From a virus, in IMG/VR virus record IMGVR_UViG_3300033146_004399, positions 115,367 to 179,366 of that record: DNA of 64,000 nt; one strand, written 5' to 3'. Below are positions 1-9,516 of the stretch, in pieces (within the stretch, counting starts at the first letter, position 1; each line of letters begins with the position of its first letter). A program made the translations under genes and the position numbers. A model generated the notes under the pieces. The model was not told the DNA's origin and did no database searches. It was given only the letters and a program-made list of their open reading frames with translations.

Positions 1-1
1 T

Positions 2-631
2 TATATGTCAGGGAATGAAAAAAAATATGCACCTAAATTAATAGCAAATGAACTTTTGCTTAAAGAGCTGTGGGATCATTCTTTGAAGGGCGGTTTAGAT
101 TCTATGGAAGGATTTGATTCTTCTTTAGAAACATTTTTTGAACCAATCCCAGTTAAAGCCAATGTCCCGTTCACTTGGCAGGGATGGAAGTTTGATCTTA
201 TTCAACAAATTCATATAATGACAGGAAGTATAATTAAATATACATTCGGCCTCCTCATGTCTAAGAAGGGACATAAAACAATATATTTCACAACTGATAG
301 TCAGCATTGCTCTCCAAGACAGATTGAGACATTCTACAAAAAGGCTGATATTATATTTCAGGATTGTGAATGCGTCGGAGTTGATACATCTACAAAAGAA
401 TATAAATTCGGTTCTGGAGTACATGCAAATTATGCTCAGCTTGCTGGTTACTCATCTGCTAATTCTGTACGTCTAGACGATGATATTAAGGCCAAGATGT
501 GGTTATCTCATTATCAAGATTTTGTATCAGAAGGAAAAGATGGTTTTGGCAATAATTGTGATTGGAGTAATCTTGCGCATAGTGATGGGTTTAATGGATT
601 TGTCGCAGTTGGGCAGGAATTTGAAATTTAA
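2..631 (+). CDS. Metallo-beta-lactamase-fold hydrolase, C-terminal part (Apyc1/RNase Z-like); frame is open to the window edge
   Basis: IYFTTD, IIFQDCE, SGVHANYAQL and KMWLSHYQD match the C-terminal motifs of the MBL phosphodiesterase family; the HxHxDH motif is expected upstream of the window. Confidence 0.65.
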   Translation, partial: YMSGNEKKYAPKLIANELLLKELWDHSLKGGLDSMEGFDSSLETFFEPIPVKANVPFTWQGWKFDLIQQIHIMTGSIIKYTFGLLMSKKGHKTIYFTTDSQHCSPRQIETFYKKADIIFQDCECVGVDTSTKEYKFGSGVHANYAQLAGYSSANSVRLDDDIKAKMWLSHYQDFVSEGKDGFGNNCDWSNLAHSDGFNGFVAVGQEFEI

Positions 632-657
632 TTAAACCTTGGGAGAGGAGAGGAGAT

Positions 658-909
658 ATGATTAAGAAGACTGCACTATGGATTTTATGGACATTTATTA
701 AAGGATTCAAAATAATTGGTATATCTATACTTATGCTGGGATTTATGGCAGGTTTAATTGGTATAATTATTATATTAGTATGGTGGGGGATTAAAAATAA
801 AGAATATTTAATTCTTTCAAGTATTATTGTTAATTGCATATTTATATATGGATTAATATATAGAGTTGTATGGAATTTAAAGTTACCGGAACCATTAAGG
901 AGACTATGA
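658..909 (+). CDS. Small membrane protein
   Basis: 83 aa with long hydrophobic stretches, AGGAG RBS. Confidence 0.6.
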   Translation: MIKKTALWILWTFIKGFKIIGISILMLGFMAGLIGIIIILVWWGIKNKEYLILSSIIVNCIFIYGLIYRVVWNLKLPEPLRRL

Positions 910-1036
910 ATAAGGAAGAATTAATAAGATTCATCCTTAAAGAAAAAGAAACTTTAGTCAAGATTGAAAAAAAAAAATGGATTAATCGAAGAGAAAAAAG
1001 AAGTTGCTAAAAAGAGATTGTATTTAAAATTGAAGG

Positions 1037-1387
1037 ATGAATATGAGGAAAGATAAAAAATTAATATCTCTTCGAAGGGAGAAAAATTATTTAGATATTA
1101 TAGATGATGTTACAAACAATTATGTTAGATTAATACCAGATAAAGTAGATTTAAATATGGGTGTTGAATTTTATAAAACTAAATCTGTAATAGAGAACGG
1201 GCAATTTCTTTTAGAAGTTAAAGATGATTATCTTGAAATAATTAATGGTAAAAGTAATTATTCTATTAGGCTTATTGTTGAAGGGCCTGGAAGAAGTGTA
1301 ACTGTTAAATTTTGTAAACCTGGTAAAAGAGGTGGATTTTCTACAGTATACATTTCACAAAAAAATGCAAAAATAAAGGAGAAATAA
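1037..1387 (+). CDS. Hypothetical protein
   Basis: 116-aa ORF in a tightly packed plus-strand run. Confidence 0.55.
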   Translation: MNMRKDKKLISLRREKNYLDIIDDVTNNYVRLIPDKVDLNMGVEFYKTKSVIENGQFLLEVKDDYLEIINGKSNYSIRLIVEGPGRSVTVKFCKPGKRGGFSTVYISQKNAKIKEK

Positions 1388-1510
1388 AATGGAAACTATA
1401 GAAATTGACCTCTCATTAGAAGATTATTTTACTCTTAATGAGATGGCTCGAGAGAAAGAACAATTGTTAGGTGGTTTTATAAACGATATAATCAAAGATT
1501 ATATTAAGAC

Positions 1511-1539
1511 TTTGGAAAAGGATAAACCTGTAGTATAAT
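1511..1539 (+). promoter_or_regulatory. Promoter TTTGGA-N17-TATAAT (copy 1 of 5)
   Basis: TTTGGA 1511-1516 and TATAAT 1534-1539, just upstream of the RNA ligase; identical spacing at four other sites. Confidence 0.65.
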
Positions 1540-1569
1540 TATTATAGTAATTGGGAGTTGTAATTACTT

Positions 1570-2199
1570 ATGAACAGATATAAATATCCACGAACATTTC
1601 ATCTCACATTTTCTCCAGGTAAAACATCAGATGATAAAACCATCTCTGATATGTCTGCCTTTGAAGGTGAAAGGGTGGTAATAACAGAGAAAATGGATGG
1701 CGAATCATGTACTATTTATTCTGATGGTTTTACACATGCTCGTTCCATAGATAGTAAATTTCATCCTTCAAGATCATGGGTTAAAAGTTTAGCATCTTCT
1801 TTGGATTTTACTGGTATAGGCGAAGACATTAGACTTTGTGGCGAAAATATGTATGCTAAACATTCCATCCATTATAAAAATTTAAAGTCTTATTTCTACC
1901 TCTTTGGTGTCTGGACTGATAATGTATGTCAGCCATGGGAAATTACTAAACAAATAGCTGATGTATTAAGTGTTGAGTTGGTGCCAGTTCTGTATGAAGG
2001 AATATATGACCCGTTATTTCTTGCAGCTCTTCCGTCATCTCTAAGAGATGACCAGGAAGGTTTTGTAATAAGAAGAACCGGAATAATAACTCTTAAAGAT
2101 TGGCCTACTCATGTAGCTAAATGGGTTAGACCAAACCACGTACAAACAGATAAACATTGGATGTATCAGGAAATGATAAAAAACATACTAAGAAGTTAA
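1570..2199 (+). CDS. RNA ligase family protein (Rnl2/PF09414-like nucleotidyltransferase)
   Basis: TFHLTFSPG, motif I TEKMDGES, HARSIDS, LCGENMYAKHSIHY, EGFVIR, AKWVR. Confidence 0.8.
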   Translation: MNRYKYPRTFHLTFSPGKTSDDKTISDMSAFEGERVVITEKMDGESCTIYSDGFTHARSIDSKFHPSRSWVKSLASSLDFTGIGEDIRLCGENMYAKHSIHYKNLKSYFYLFGVWTDNVCQPWEITKQIADVLSVELVPVLYEGIYDPLFLAALPSSLRDDQEGFVIRRTGIITLKDWPTHVAKWVRPNHVQTDKHWMYQEMIKNILRS

Positions 2200-2201
2200 T
2201 T

Positions 2202-2495
2202 ATGGAAGTTGAAACTCACTGGATTGAAAATGAATTTGGATATTGTTGTTATGTATTTGATCATGATAATACTAAAGAAAACAAATTATATGCTGAAGTA
2301 TTTCATTTGCGTGTTTATCCAGAATTTAGAAAACAAGGTAAATCAAGAAAAATTCTGCAAGAAGCGATTGATTCTATAAGAAAAACAGGTTATAGTGATG
2401 AAATAAGAATTGAAGCTTTACCAGAGGAAAATAGTATTAGTTTGGAAGAACTTACTTTATTTTATAAACGTATGGGGTTTAAAATTTATAAATAA
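2202..2495 (+). CDS. GNAT-family acetyltransferase
   Basis: LRVYPEFRKQGKSRKIL acetyl-CoA motif and FYKRMGF; ATG 2202 avoids the overlap with the ligase. Confidence 0.75.
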   Translation: MEVETHWIENEFGYCCYVFDHDNTKENKLYAEVFHLRVYPEFRKQGKSRKILQEAIDSIRKTGYSDEIRIEALPEENSISLEELTLFYKRMGFKIYK

Positions 2496-2496
2496 T

Positions 2497-2525
2497 TTTG
2501 GAGATTTATTAATATATGTTATAAT
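2497..2525 (+). promoter_or_regulatory. Promoter TTTGGA-N17-TATAAT (copy 2)
   Basis: TTTGGA 2497-2502, TATAAT 2520-2525, upstream of ORF 2555. Confidence 0.65.
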
Positions 2526-2554
2526 GTAAATATAAAGAAACAAAGAGGTGAACG

Positions 2555-2800
2555 GTGAAAATTAAATTTATTAAAGAGTATGAAGGTTGGCCAGGTCAAT
2601 CAGTAGATTACATGGCAACTTATGATAATGGTTCTTCTCAAAGGCATACTTGCTCGAAAAATGAATGGATTGTTATAGAAACTCGTGAACTGTTGTTAAA
2701 AGCTGGTGCAGATAAAGACTTACTCGAGAGATTTGCGAGGGCAATTAAAGACGTTGCGCAAGAGGATGAGTGGATGTCTAATGTTGGAGAAGAATTATGA
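2555..2800 (+). CDS. Hypothetical protein
   Basis: GTG start with GAGGTG RBS downstream of a promoter. Confidence 0.6.
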   Translation: MKIKFIKEYEGWPGQSVDYMATYDNGSSQRHTCSKNEWIVIETRELLLKAGADKDLLERFARAIKDVAQEDEWMSNVGEEL

Positions 2801-3059
2801 CAACTAAAAAAATATTAGAAGAATATCAAGAAAAAGCTGAAATTATCTTAAAGGCTAAGAATTTAGAAATAAATCCTATAGGTCAGAGATTGAGAGTTCT
2901 TGCCCTCGCTGCTGTTTTAAAAGAAAATGACAAATTAATATGGAAAAGTCAAAAGGCTATAAATAATGGATGAAAATAAATCTAAGAAATTACAGAGTAA
3001 AATAAATAAATATGTAAAGTACTCTCCACTTAAGTTAAATTTAGATTTAGGTACTTGGA

Positions 3060-3263
3060 ATGAGTTTATTTAGTTTATTTAGTTTGTATTTTATACCACC
3101 ACTGATAACAGTAATTATTATTGCTACTTTCTTTCATCATATGAAGATGGAGTTTACTCGTGGATATTTAATAATGTATTATATAATGCTTATGTTTGGA
3201 CCAGTTGGTTTTATATTTGGTCTACTTTTTATAAAAGACAATTTTACAAAGGATGAATGGTAA
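3060..3263 (+). CDS. Small membrane protein
   Basis: Two hydrophobic segments; ends at a terminator hairpin. Confidence 0.55.
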   Translation: MSLFSLFSLYFIPPLITVIIIATFFHHMKMEFTRGYLIMYYIMLMFGPVGFIFGLLFIKDNFTKDEW

Positions 3264-3297
3264 TCAGAAAGGAAAGTTAATGCTTTCCTTTCTGATT
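3262..3297. terminator. Bidirectional terminator hairpin
   Basis: Perfect 15-bp inverted repeat AATCAGAAAGGAAAG-ttaatg-CTTTCCTTTCTGATT between convergent genes. Confidence 0.8.
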
Positions 3298-3314
3298 GTT
3301 ATAAATCTTTTAAT

Positions 3315-4184
3315 TTATGAATTTAACTTAATAGCTGTAATAACCTCTTGCATTAGTCCAACGGTATCCCATGGGTTATCCATAATATCGTCGGTGACAT
3401 AAACCCAACCATAATATTCTAAAACTTCTGCAAATATAGTGGCATCGGCCCCAGCTAAAGCACCTACAGTTGAGGTATGTTTAAGAAGACCTCTTTTCCA
3501 TAGCTTAGAGCCACCAGGCCAAGGACCGTCGGTCATAGGTGAAGAAGGCCAAACTGAATTTTCCCATTCAATTACGATATCAAATATATCTTGGAATGCC
3601 ATTTCATCCAAATTATAGCCAGGATTTGAAACTGTAATTCCTAAACCAACTTCTCTAGCATAATCAGCTACTTCTAAATAGTATGCTAGTTCTTCTGATA
3701 AATTTGTAGTACCATCAGATTGTTCATCAAAGAAAATACCTGAGATTTCAGGGTAAAGACTTTTCCAATTATCTATAGCAGCTTTAACTGTAGTAACTGA
3801 AGCTGCTCTGTATTGTGTAGGAACATACCCTATTACTTTAATACCAGCAGCCTGCATTCTATTATGAACTTCTGTATATTGCGCGTCTACTGAAGCACCA
3901 GCTCCTTCATCTGGATTTGTAATAGCAATCATTGGAATTGTTCTATTTTTCCTTTTAAAATCAATTAATGAAAGATAATCTGCATTTGTATATGAATTTG
4001 TTGGATAAATATACATAGGAATTATTATTCCTGTTTGTTGTGATGAGGAGATTCCAGGACTCTCCATAAATCTTTTAAGTTTCGCGAGTGTTTCTACGCC
4101 GTCTGCAGCAGTCTGCCCAACAAGTATTTTGTCGGCAGTCGTTAACGTGCCGGCAGCAGCAATTGTACTAAAATCTTTAGCCAT
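3315..4184 (-). CDS. Spherulin-4 / GH135-like glycoside hydrolase with a tail-fibre-type N-terminal anchor
   Basis: IIIPMYIYP, IAITNP, KVIGYVPT, GIFFDE, VSNPG, DIVIEWE, YVYVTD-like motifs; first ~36 aa homologous to the N-terminus of fibre 6422..7414. Confidence 0.75.
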   Translation of the reverse strand: MAKDFSTIAAAGTLTTADKILVGQTAADGVETLAKLKRFMESPGISSSQQTGIIIPMYIYPTNSYTNADYLSLIDFKRKNRTIPMIAITNPDEGAGASVDAQYTEVHNRMQAAGIKVIGYVPTQYRAASVTTVKAAIDNWKSLYPEISGIFFDEQSDGTTNLSEELAYYLEVADYAREVGLGITVSNPGYNLDEMAFQDIFDIVIEWENSVWPSSPMTDGPWPGGSKLWKRGLLKHTSTVGALAGADATIFAEVLEYYGWVYVTDDIMDNPWDTVGLMQEVITAIKLNS

Positions 4185-4199
4185 TTTCTATCTCCTTAT

Positions 4200-4553
4200 T
4201 TATGCAATTCTAATTTCTAAATTATTACCATCTGATAACATAAACGCTTCTCCATCAATTGTAAAAGCATTTTCTCCAAATGCTACATTAGGTTGTACAT
4301 CATCAGTAAGATCGTCATCTTCTATAATGATTGCATTCTTAGTAAATGATGCAATTTTACCAGTAACATTCCATTCCATTGCTACACCAAAAACCTCTGT
4401 TGGTAAAAGTTCTGGTTCCGTAATTATTGTATCAGCATTTATAGCAGCGTCGTATAAAGACCTTGCACTTTCTACCAATTCGGTATCAGTAAAACTGCCT
4501 TTGTCTCTACGTCTAATTTGATATTTTATTTTTTTTAATCTATCTTCAATCAT
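4200..4553 (-). CDS. Fibre-associated adaptor protein (paralogue 3)
   Basis: Shares RLKKxKYQI, YDxAINAD, PTExxG...W and DDLTDxVxP with 7429..7791. Confidence 0.65.
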   Translation of the reverse strand: MIEDRLKKIKYQIRRRDKGSFTDTELVESARSLYDAAINADTIITEPELLPTEVFGVAMEWNVTGKIASFTKNAIIIEDDDLTDDVQPNVAFGENAFTIDGEAFMLSDGNNLEIRIA

Positions 4554-4554
4554 T

Positions 4555-5241
4555 TTACAACTCCTTTAAATATCCTTTATTAAAAAGATGATTTTTCACA
4601 CTTGGGAAAAATCCTCTTTTACCTAATTTAATTAATAAACCAACATGTTTAAATCCCCATCCGCCGAAAGGTACAAGAGGAACAATATCATGCCCATATA
4701 CATATCTTGTAGTCGCAGGTACCCTCTTATCATATGAAGCAGCTAAAGCCCCGTTACCAACCCTAGGGCTTCCGGTAGTCATACATTCAATTTCTAAGGA
4801 AGGAAAATTATATTGGAAGTCTAATGCCATTATAGTAGCAATAGCAGCTCCAAAACTTTGACCCATTATTATAATTTTCTTTCTATCTTTGATTATCTTA
4901 TGCATATCTTCTCTAATAAGTAAATAACTTTTATAAAAACCCCTATGCATTTTAATTTTTTTATTAGACCCTTTATACGGTGTTTTCATTAACGGGAAAC
5001 TAAGATTATACATCCAATCCATAAATTCATTTGAACCTAGAATAAATATAATTTCATCTCCGTTATATCTTCCGATAGCTATTTGAACATGTTTCTTTTG
5101 GAGAGTTGCAACTATGGTATTTATTTTTATCTCCCCTTTGAATACTTTTTTTCTATCTGCCGATCTTACATCCCAATATTTTTGAGCTATATAATGAATT
5201 AATTCTTTAGTCATTTGTAATCTCCTTACATTATCTTGCAA
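4555..5241 (-). CDS. Class 3 lipase (alpha/beta hydrolase)
   Basis: GQSFGAAIA nucleophile elbow, KMHRGFY, TGSPRVGN, DIVPLVP, HVG. Confidence 0.85.
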   Translation of the reverse strand: MQDNVRRLQMTKELIHYIAQKYWDVRSADRKKVFKGEIKINTIVATLQKKHVQIAIGRYNGDEIIFILGSNEFMDWMYNLSFPLMKTPYKGSNKKIKMHRGFYKSYLLIREDMHKIIKDRKKIIIMGQSFGAAIATIMALDFQYNFPSLEIECMTTGSPRVGNGALAASYDKRVPATTRYVYGHDIVPLVPFGGWGFKHVGLLIKLGKRGFFPSVKNHLFNKGYLKEL

Positions 5242-5262
5242 CTATTGTGCATACTTATTATT

Positions 5263-5685
5263 ATGGGTACAAACTATTACATAAGATATAATATTTGCTC
5301 TTGTTGTAACAGAAGTGATGAAGTGCATATAGGGAAGTCGTCTATGGGTTGGCAATTCACCTTCCATTCTGTAGATGATTATGATATCAAGATGTCCTCT
5401 TTCGATGCTAAAAATATGTTGGCAGAAGATGATTCTCATCTCATTATTAAGAGTTTCCAGGATTGGCGAAAATTCATTGAGAAATATGTTATAGAACAAG
5501 GAACTGCTAAAATATATAACGAGTATGGGGAAGAAGAGTCTGCACAAGAGTTTTTTAATTTGGTAGAAAGTAAGAGAGATGGTAAGAATCATGCTGAATA
5601 TATAAATAATGATTATACATCCATAGACCATGGAGATTATGTAGATGAGGAAGGATATTCCTTCTCACCAGGAGAGTTTAGCTAA
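5263..5685 (+). CDS. Hypothetical phage protein
   Basis: MGTNYY...CxxC...HIGKSSMGWQFTF, a motif I recall from conserved phage hypotheticals. Confidence 0.6.
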   Translation: MGTNYYIRYNICSCCNRSDEVHIGKSSMGWQFTFHSVDDYDIKMSSFDAKNMLAEDDSHLIIKSFQDWRKFIEKYVIEQGTAKIYNEYGEEESAQEFFNLVESKRDGKNHAEYINNDYTSIDHGDYVDEEGYSFSPGEFS

Positions 5686-5894
5686 TGGATTATTTTATTA
5701 TGCATGCAAGTATTAAAGGGAAGAAAAGCACAGTAAGTTTTTATTTGGAGTCAGAATTGATGAATGCATTAGAAGATATGTCTTCTATGGCTGCATTTAT
5801 GTTTGAAGGAGAGGGAATTCCTTTCGAAGATGGAAGTGTAGGATATTTCACTCCAGACGATGATTTCATCTATCTGGAGGAAAAGATTGTTTAA
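5685..5894 (+). CDS. Hypothetical protein
   Basis: TAATG coupling to the upstream gene. Confidence 0.5.
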   Translation: MDYFIMHASIKGKKSTVSFYLESELMNALEDMSSMAAFMFEGEGIPFEDGSVGYFTPDDDFIYLEEKIV

Positions 5895-6403
5895 ATATAG
5901 TATCCTATAACATTTGCACTAAAACTACCAAATGTTCCTGTAGCTGTCCATAAACAATTTATTTGATAATTTTCATCCAATGGTATTGTGATAACAGCAT
6001 GCTGATAAACTCCTGAATTGGGCATTGCACTACCAATAGCAATAGTTCCGCCATCTGCCGGAAGTGCTTCGTTTCCTTTACCAAACCCAGCCCAATACCA
6101 ATCATTTGCGCCTGTTTCTGATTTATAGACCCACCATCTTAACACAACAGCTTTTGCTCCAACTGGAAGTCTTGACGCTAAAGAAGGTGATAGATATAAT
6201 GTACCAGTTATTGGACTGGCTTGTGACCAAATAGACGTAGCGTTTCTGTTAGAATAGTCAACCATATGTAAAGTACCAAGGTTATCGTCACCTAAAGATG
6301 ATTGAGCTTTTTCTAATTCAATTTTTAGCCAAGCTCCTGCACTTGTATTATATCTATAATTTTCAAATATTTGTCCATTAGATGGACTTGTTGGGAATGC
6401 CAT
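5891..6403 (-). CDS. Short tail-tip/receptor-binding module with MAFPTSP N-terminal motif
   Basis: N-terminus MAFPTSPSNGQIFENYRYN...W shared with four sibling genes. Confidence 0.6.
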   Translation of the reverse strand: MAFPTSPSNGQIFENYRYNTSAGAWLKIELEKAQSSLGDDNLGTLHMVDYSNRNATSIWSQASPITGTLYLSPSLASRLPVGAKAVVLRWWVYKSETGANDWYWAGFGKGNEALPADGGTIAIGSAMPNSGVYQHAVITIPLDENYQINCLWTATGTFGSFSANVIGYYI

Positions 6404-6421
6404 TTTTATTACTCCTTATTT

Positions 6422-7414
6422 TTATAATTGTATCCATTCTGAGCCCGTATATTTAAAAAAGGCATTCAAATCTGTTCTGAAACAATCGTCTCCTGCAACA
6501 GGACTTCCTGGGAAGGATGTTCCAGATGTGAAAGTAACATAATTTCTAACAACAGTATCAAACCTCTTCTCAACATCATTCCATACTGCAATACCACCAT
6601 CTATAGGTGAAGTTTCACGAGTTGCTACTGCTTGTTCTGAACCTTGTTCACCTATTACAAATGTATCAGTTAATTCCTCAAATACAAATCTATAATTTAA
6701 TTCATCACCTCTCTCAACTTCCATACCACCAACTAATGAAGTCGCTGGAGTCCCTGTTTGACTTTTATTAACTGTAATCATATTGTCTTCAACAAGGAGG
6801 GTTGCCGTGTCAATAGTAGTCGTTGTGCCTGAAACTATTAAATCACCTGCTACAGTTAAGTTATTATTAGCTATCGTATCTCCAGCAAATTGAATATTAC
6901 CACCAGCGGAAGAGTTGGAGAAAACAATATTCTTACTAGCAACACCAGTTACTGTAAATTCCATACCACCAGGAGCTATTGTATTTACTTCATTGCCTGC
7001 TTGAAGAGTAAGGTTACCGTTACCTGTACCAGGAGTTGATGAGGAGGTTTTAATCTCAATAGCTTGATCTGTATCTGTTTGAAAGGTCATAACGCTCGCT
7101 GCATCTTCAATTACCTTCTTACCATTTACATATAAAGAGGAAGCACCAACAAAAATTTCGTCAGCATATACAGAATTAAACTTCTGTGTTGCGGAACCAA
7201 GATTTCTTACAGAAACTTCACCAGTTGCACCAGTCATTTCTGGGAGGATATCTTCAGTTGTTATATCATTCGTGAGAGTGAGACCTTTAGCTTCTATGTA
7301 TGTTACTAAAGATGATAGAGTTGTTGCTCTATCTAAATCAGTTTGTCCTACAACTAATTTATCTACATCGTTTAATGAACTCGTAAGTTCTATCGTACTA
7401 AAATTCTCTGCCAT
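6422..7414 (-). CDS. Tail fibre-like protein (330 aa)
   Basis: Thr/Gly-rich beta repeats, VEDNMITVN...GxEVxRG fibre motif; strongly paralogous to 8209..9516. Confidence 0.7.
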   Translation of the reverse strand: MAENFSTIELTSSLNDVDKLVVGQTDLDRATTLSSLVTYIEAKGLTLTNDITTEDILPEMTGATGEVSVRNLGSATQKFNSVYADEIFVGASSLYVNGKKVIEDAASVMTFQTDTDQAIEIKTSSSTPGTGNGNLTLQAGNEVNTIAPGGMEFTVTGVASKNIVFSNSSAGGNIQFAGDTIANNNLTVAGDLIVSGTTTTIDTATLLVEDNMITVNKSQTGTPATSLVGGMEVERGDELNYRFVFEELTDTFVIGEQGSEQAVATRETSPIDGGIAVWNDVEKRFDTVVRNYVTFTSGTSFPGSPVAGDDCFRTDLNAFFKYTGSEWIQL

Positions 7415-7428
7415 AATTTATACTCCTA

Positions 7429-7791
7429 TTACGCTGTTTGTAATTCAAAAATTTCGTTATTTATATAGAAAAACTCATTATTAGTTTGAAAAGCTCCTGT
7501 GATGAGTTGATCATTTATCGTTGGTGTTACTTCATCTGTTAAATCATCATTATTGATTTCATATTCTCCACCATCAATTGAAAGTGAGAGATTATCCGCA
7601 CTCCATAATAAAGTGAGTCCTAAAGCTTCAGTAGGGAAAGTGTCTCCTGAGAGATCAGGAGAATCTGCATTTATAGCAGAATCATATATAGATTGAACCA
7701 TAGGTATTCTATCTGCAACAGACCAATCACCATCTTGTTCTTTAAGAATTTGATATTTTAATTTCTTTAGCCTCTCTTTAACTTCTTGCAT
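7429..7791 (-). CDS. Fibre-associated adaptor protein (paralogue 2)
   Basis: Paralogue of 4200..4553 and 9516..9875, again directly upstream of a fibre gene. Confidence 0.65.
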   Translation of the reverse strand: MQEVKERLKKLKYQILKEQDGDWSVADRIPMVQSIYDSAINADSPDLSGDTFPTEALGLTLLWSADNLSLSIDGGEYEINNDDLTDEVTPTINDQLITGAFQTNNEFFYINNEIFELQTA

Positions 7792-7802
7792 TTCTTACTC
7801 CT

Positions 7803-8209
7803 TTATGCTATTCTTCCTATAGCTGTTGCTGTATAATATGAAGTCCCGGTGCTTGTTGCATAACCAGAAAATGAAATTGATGTACCGGTCGTAAAATTAC
7901 TTGCCGCACTATTATGATAACCAAGTTCACTTGTTCCTTCCATAAAATACCATGAAACACCGACAGATCCCGCAACAAAAGCTTTCGGAAAAGTCCAAGT
8001 ACCAACTCGAGTTGAATTTGCAGCTGTACCGTTCATAGCTGTTCTTGCTTTATAATATATTAATGTCCCATCTGAAAATTCTGTCTATCCTCCATTTAAA
8101 TTGGAACCGGATGATATAATTCCCCAGCTTTTTTCCAAGCGCCCCGTGTTGAGTTATAATAGTATTCGTTATAAATGTCATCATCTGAAGGAGATGTTGG
8201 AAATACCAT
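7803..8209 (-). pseudogene. Disrupted tail-tip gene (MVFPTSP motif plus gp53-like C-terminal domain)
   Basis: ATG at 8209 gives MVFPTSPSDDDIYNEYYYN...WKK; the reading continues only after a frameshift at the A6 run (GIISSGSNLNGG*TEFSDGTLI) and through an in-frame TAG at 8085-8087. Confidence 0.65.
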
Positions 8210-9516
8210 TACATCTGCATCCAAGTTGCACCATTATATTTATACCACTCATCTAAATCTGTTCGATAACATTCATCCGCAAAACCCGGTGTTCCAGGAA
8301 AGGCAATACCTGCAGAAGCGGTAACAACTCTACGAGCTTGAATCAAAAGGTCAGTTCCGTTATAAGTCATATTTGAATGAGTATCAAATCTTTTAGTACT
8401 ATCATTCCAAAAAGCAACACCAGCAGCAGCTGGAGCATCTTCACGAGTTGCAACTGCTTGGAGAGTACCAGACTCACCAACTTTAAAAGAATCAGTTAAT
8501 TCTTCAAATATAAATCTATAATTAGGTGAATCACCGCGATTAACTTCAATACCTGAAACAAGACTTTCAGCTGGTACGCCAACTTGTCCCTTATTAACTT
8601 CAATTATATTATCTTCAACAAGGAGAGTCTGTGTATCAAGAGTAACTGTTGCACCTTCGACTGTTAAATCTCCAGATATAATAAGATTTGTTGCTTGAAC
8701 AGTACCATTAAGATCGATAGTAGTTGCTGTTATGTCAACTTCCTCAGTGGAGGATATTAAAACTTGACCATTAGTTGCAGCGTTAGATATTGTTAAATTT
8801 TTATTTGTAATTCCAACTGGCACTGTTATTTCAACACCACCTTTACCTAGAATATTAACTTCATTATCTGACTGGAAGGCAAGATTACCATTACCAGAAC
8901 CAGGAGTTGAAGCAAGAGTTTTAATTGCAAGACCTTGATCTTCATCTGTTTTAAAAGTCATAGTGTCTGCAACATCTTCAATTACCTTCTTACCATTTAC
9001 ATATAAAGAAGAAGCCCCAACAAAAACTTCATCAGCATAGACTGCGTTAAATTTTTGAGTGGCTGAACCTATATTTCTTACAGAAACTTCACCAGTTGCA
9101 CCAACCATATTAGGTAATATATCTCTTACAACTATGTTTCCTTCTATTGGTCCACCAGCAAGCACATCTAATTTTGTATTTAATTGTGCTTGGAGGTCTG
9201 TAATATCTGTCGCATTTAAAGTATCACCAACTCCTACAAAATTAATTGTTAACATACCTGTTTGATATATTGGGTTTAAAATGTATAGTTGTTTGTATAC
9301 ATTTTTACCAAATAAATTGGTTAAGTTTGAATCTAAAGTTACTAATGAATAATCTTCAGATAATAAAGTTTCTCCATCAATATGTTCAATAGTTAAACCA
9401 TCTTCATAAAATAATCGTACAGGTAAATTTACCTGTTCAACCCCTACATCACTAATTTGATAATCTACAAAATTGTGCCCTGATTCTATAATATCGTACA
9501 TTTGTTTTAACGCCAT
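8209..9516 (-). CDS. Tail fibre-like protein (435 aa)
   Basis: Shares ATGEVSVRNxGSATQKFNxVYADExFVGASSLYVNGKKVIED and the C-terminal FPGxP...CxRTDL...KYxGxxWxQ with 6422..7414. Confidence 0.7.
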   Translation of the reverse strand: MALKQMYDIIESGHNFVDYQISDVGVEQVNLPVRLFYEDGLTIEHIDGETLLSEDYSLVTLDSNLTNLFGKNVYKQLYILNPIYQTGMLTINFVGVGDTLNATDITDLQAQLNTKLDVLAGGPIEGNIVVRDILPNMVGATGEVSVRNIGSATQKFNAVYADEVFVGASSLYVNGKKVIEDVADTMTFKTDEDQGLAIKTLASTPGSGNGNLAFQSDNEVNILGKGGVEITVPVGITNKNLTISNAATNGQVLISSTEEVDITATTIDLNGTVQATNLIISGDLTVEGATVTLDTQTLLVEDNIIEVNKGQVGVPAESLVSGIEVNRGDSPNYRFIFEELTDSFKVGESGTLQAVATREDAPAAAGVAFWNDSTKRFDTHSNMTYNGTDLLIQARRVVTASAGIAFPGTPGFADECYRTDLDEWYKYNGATWMQM

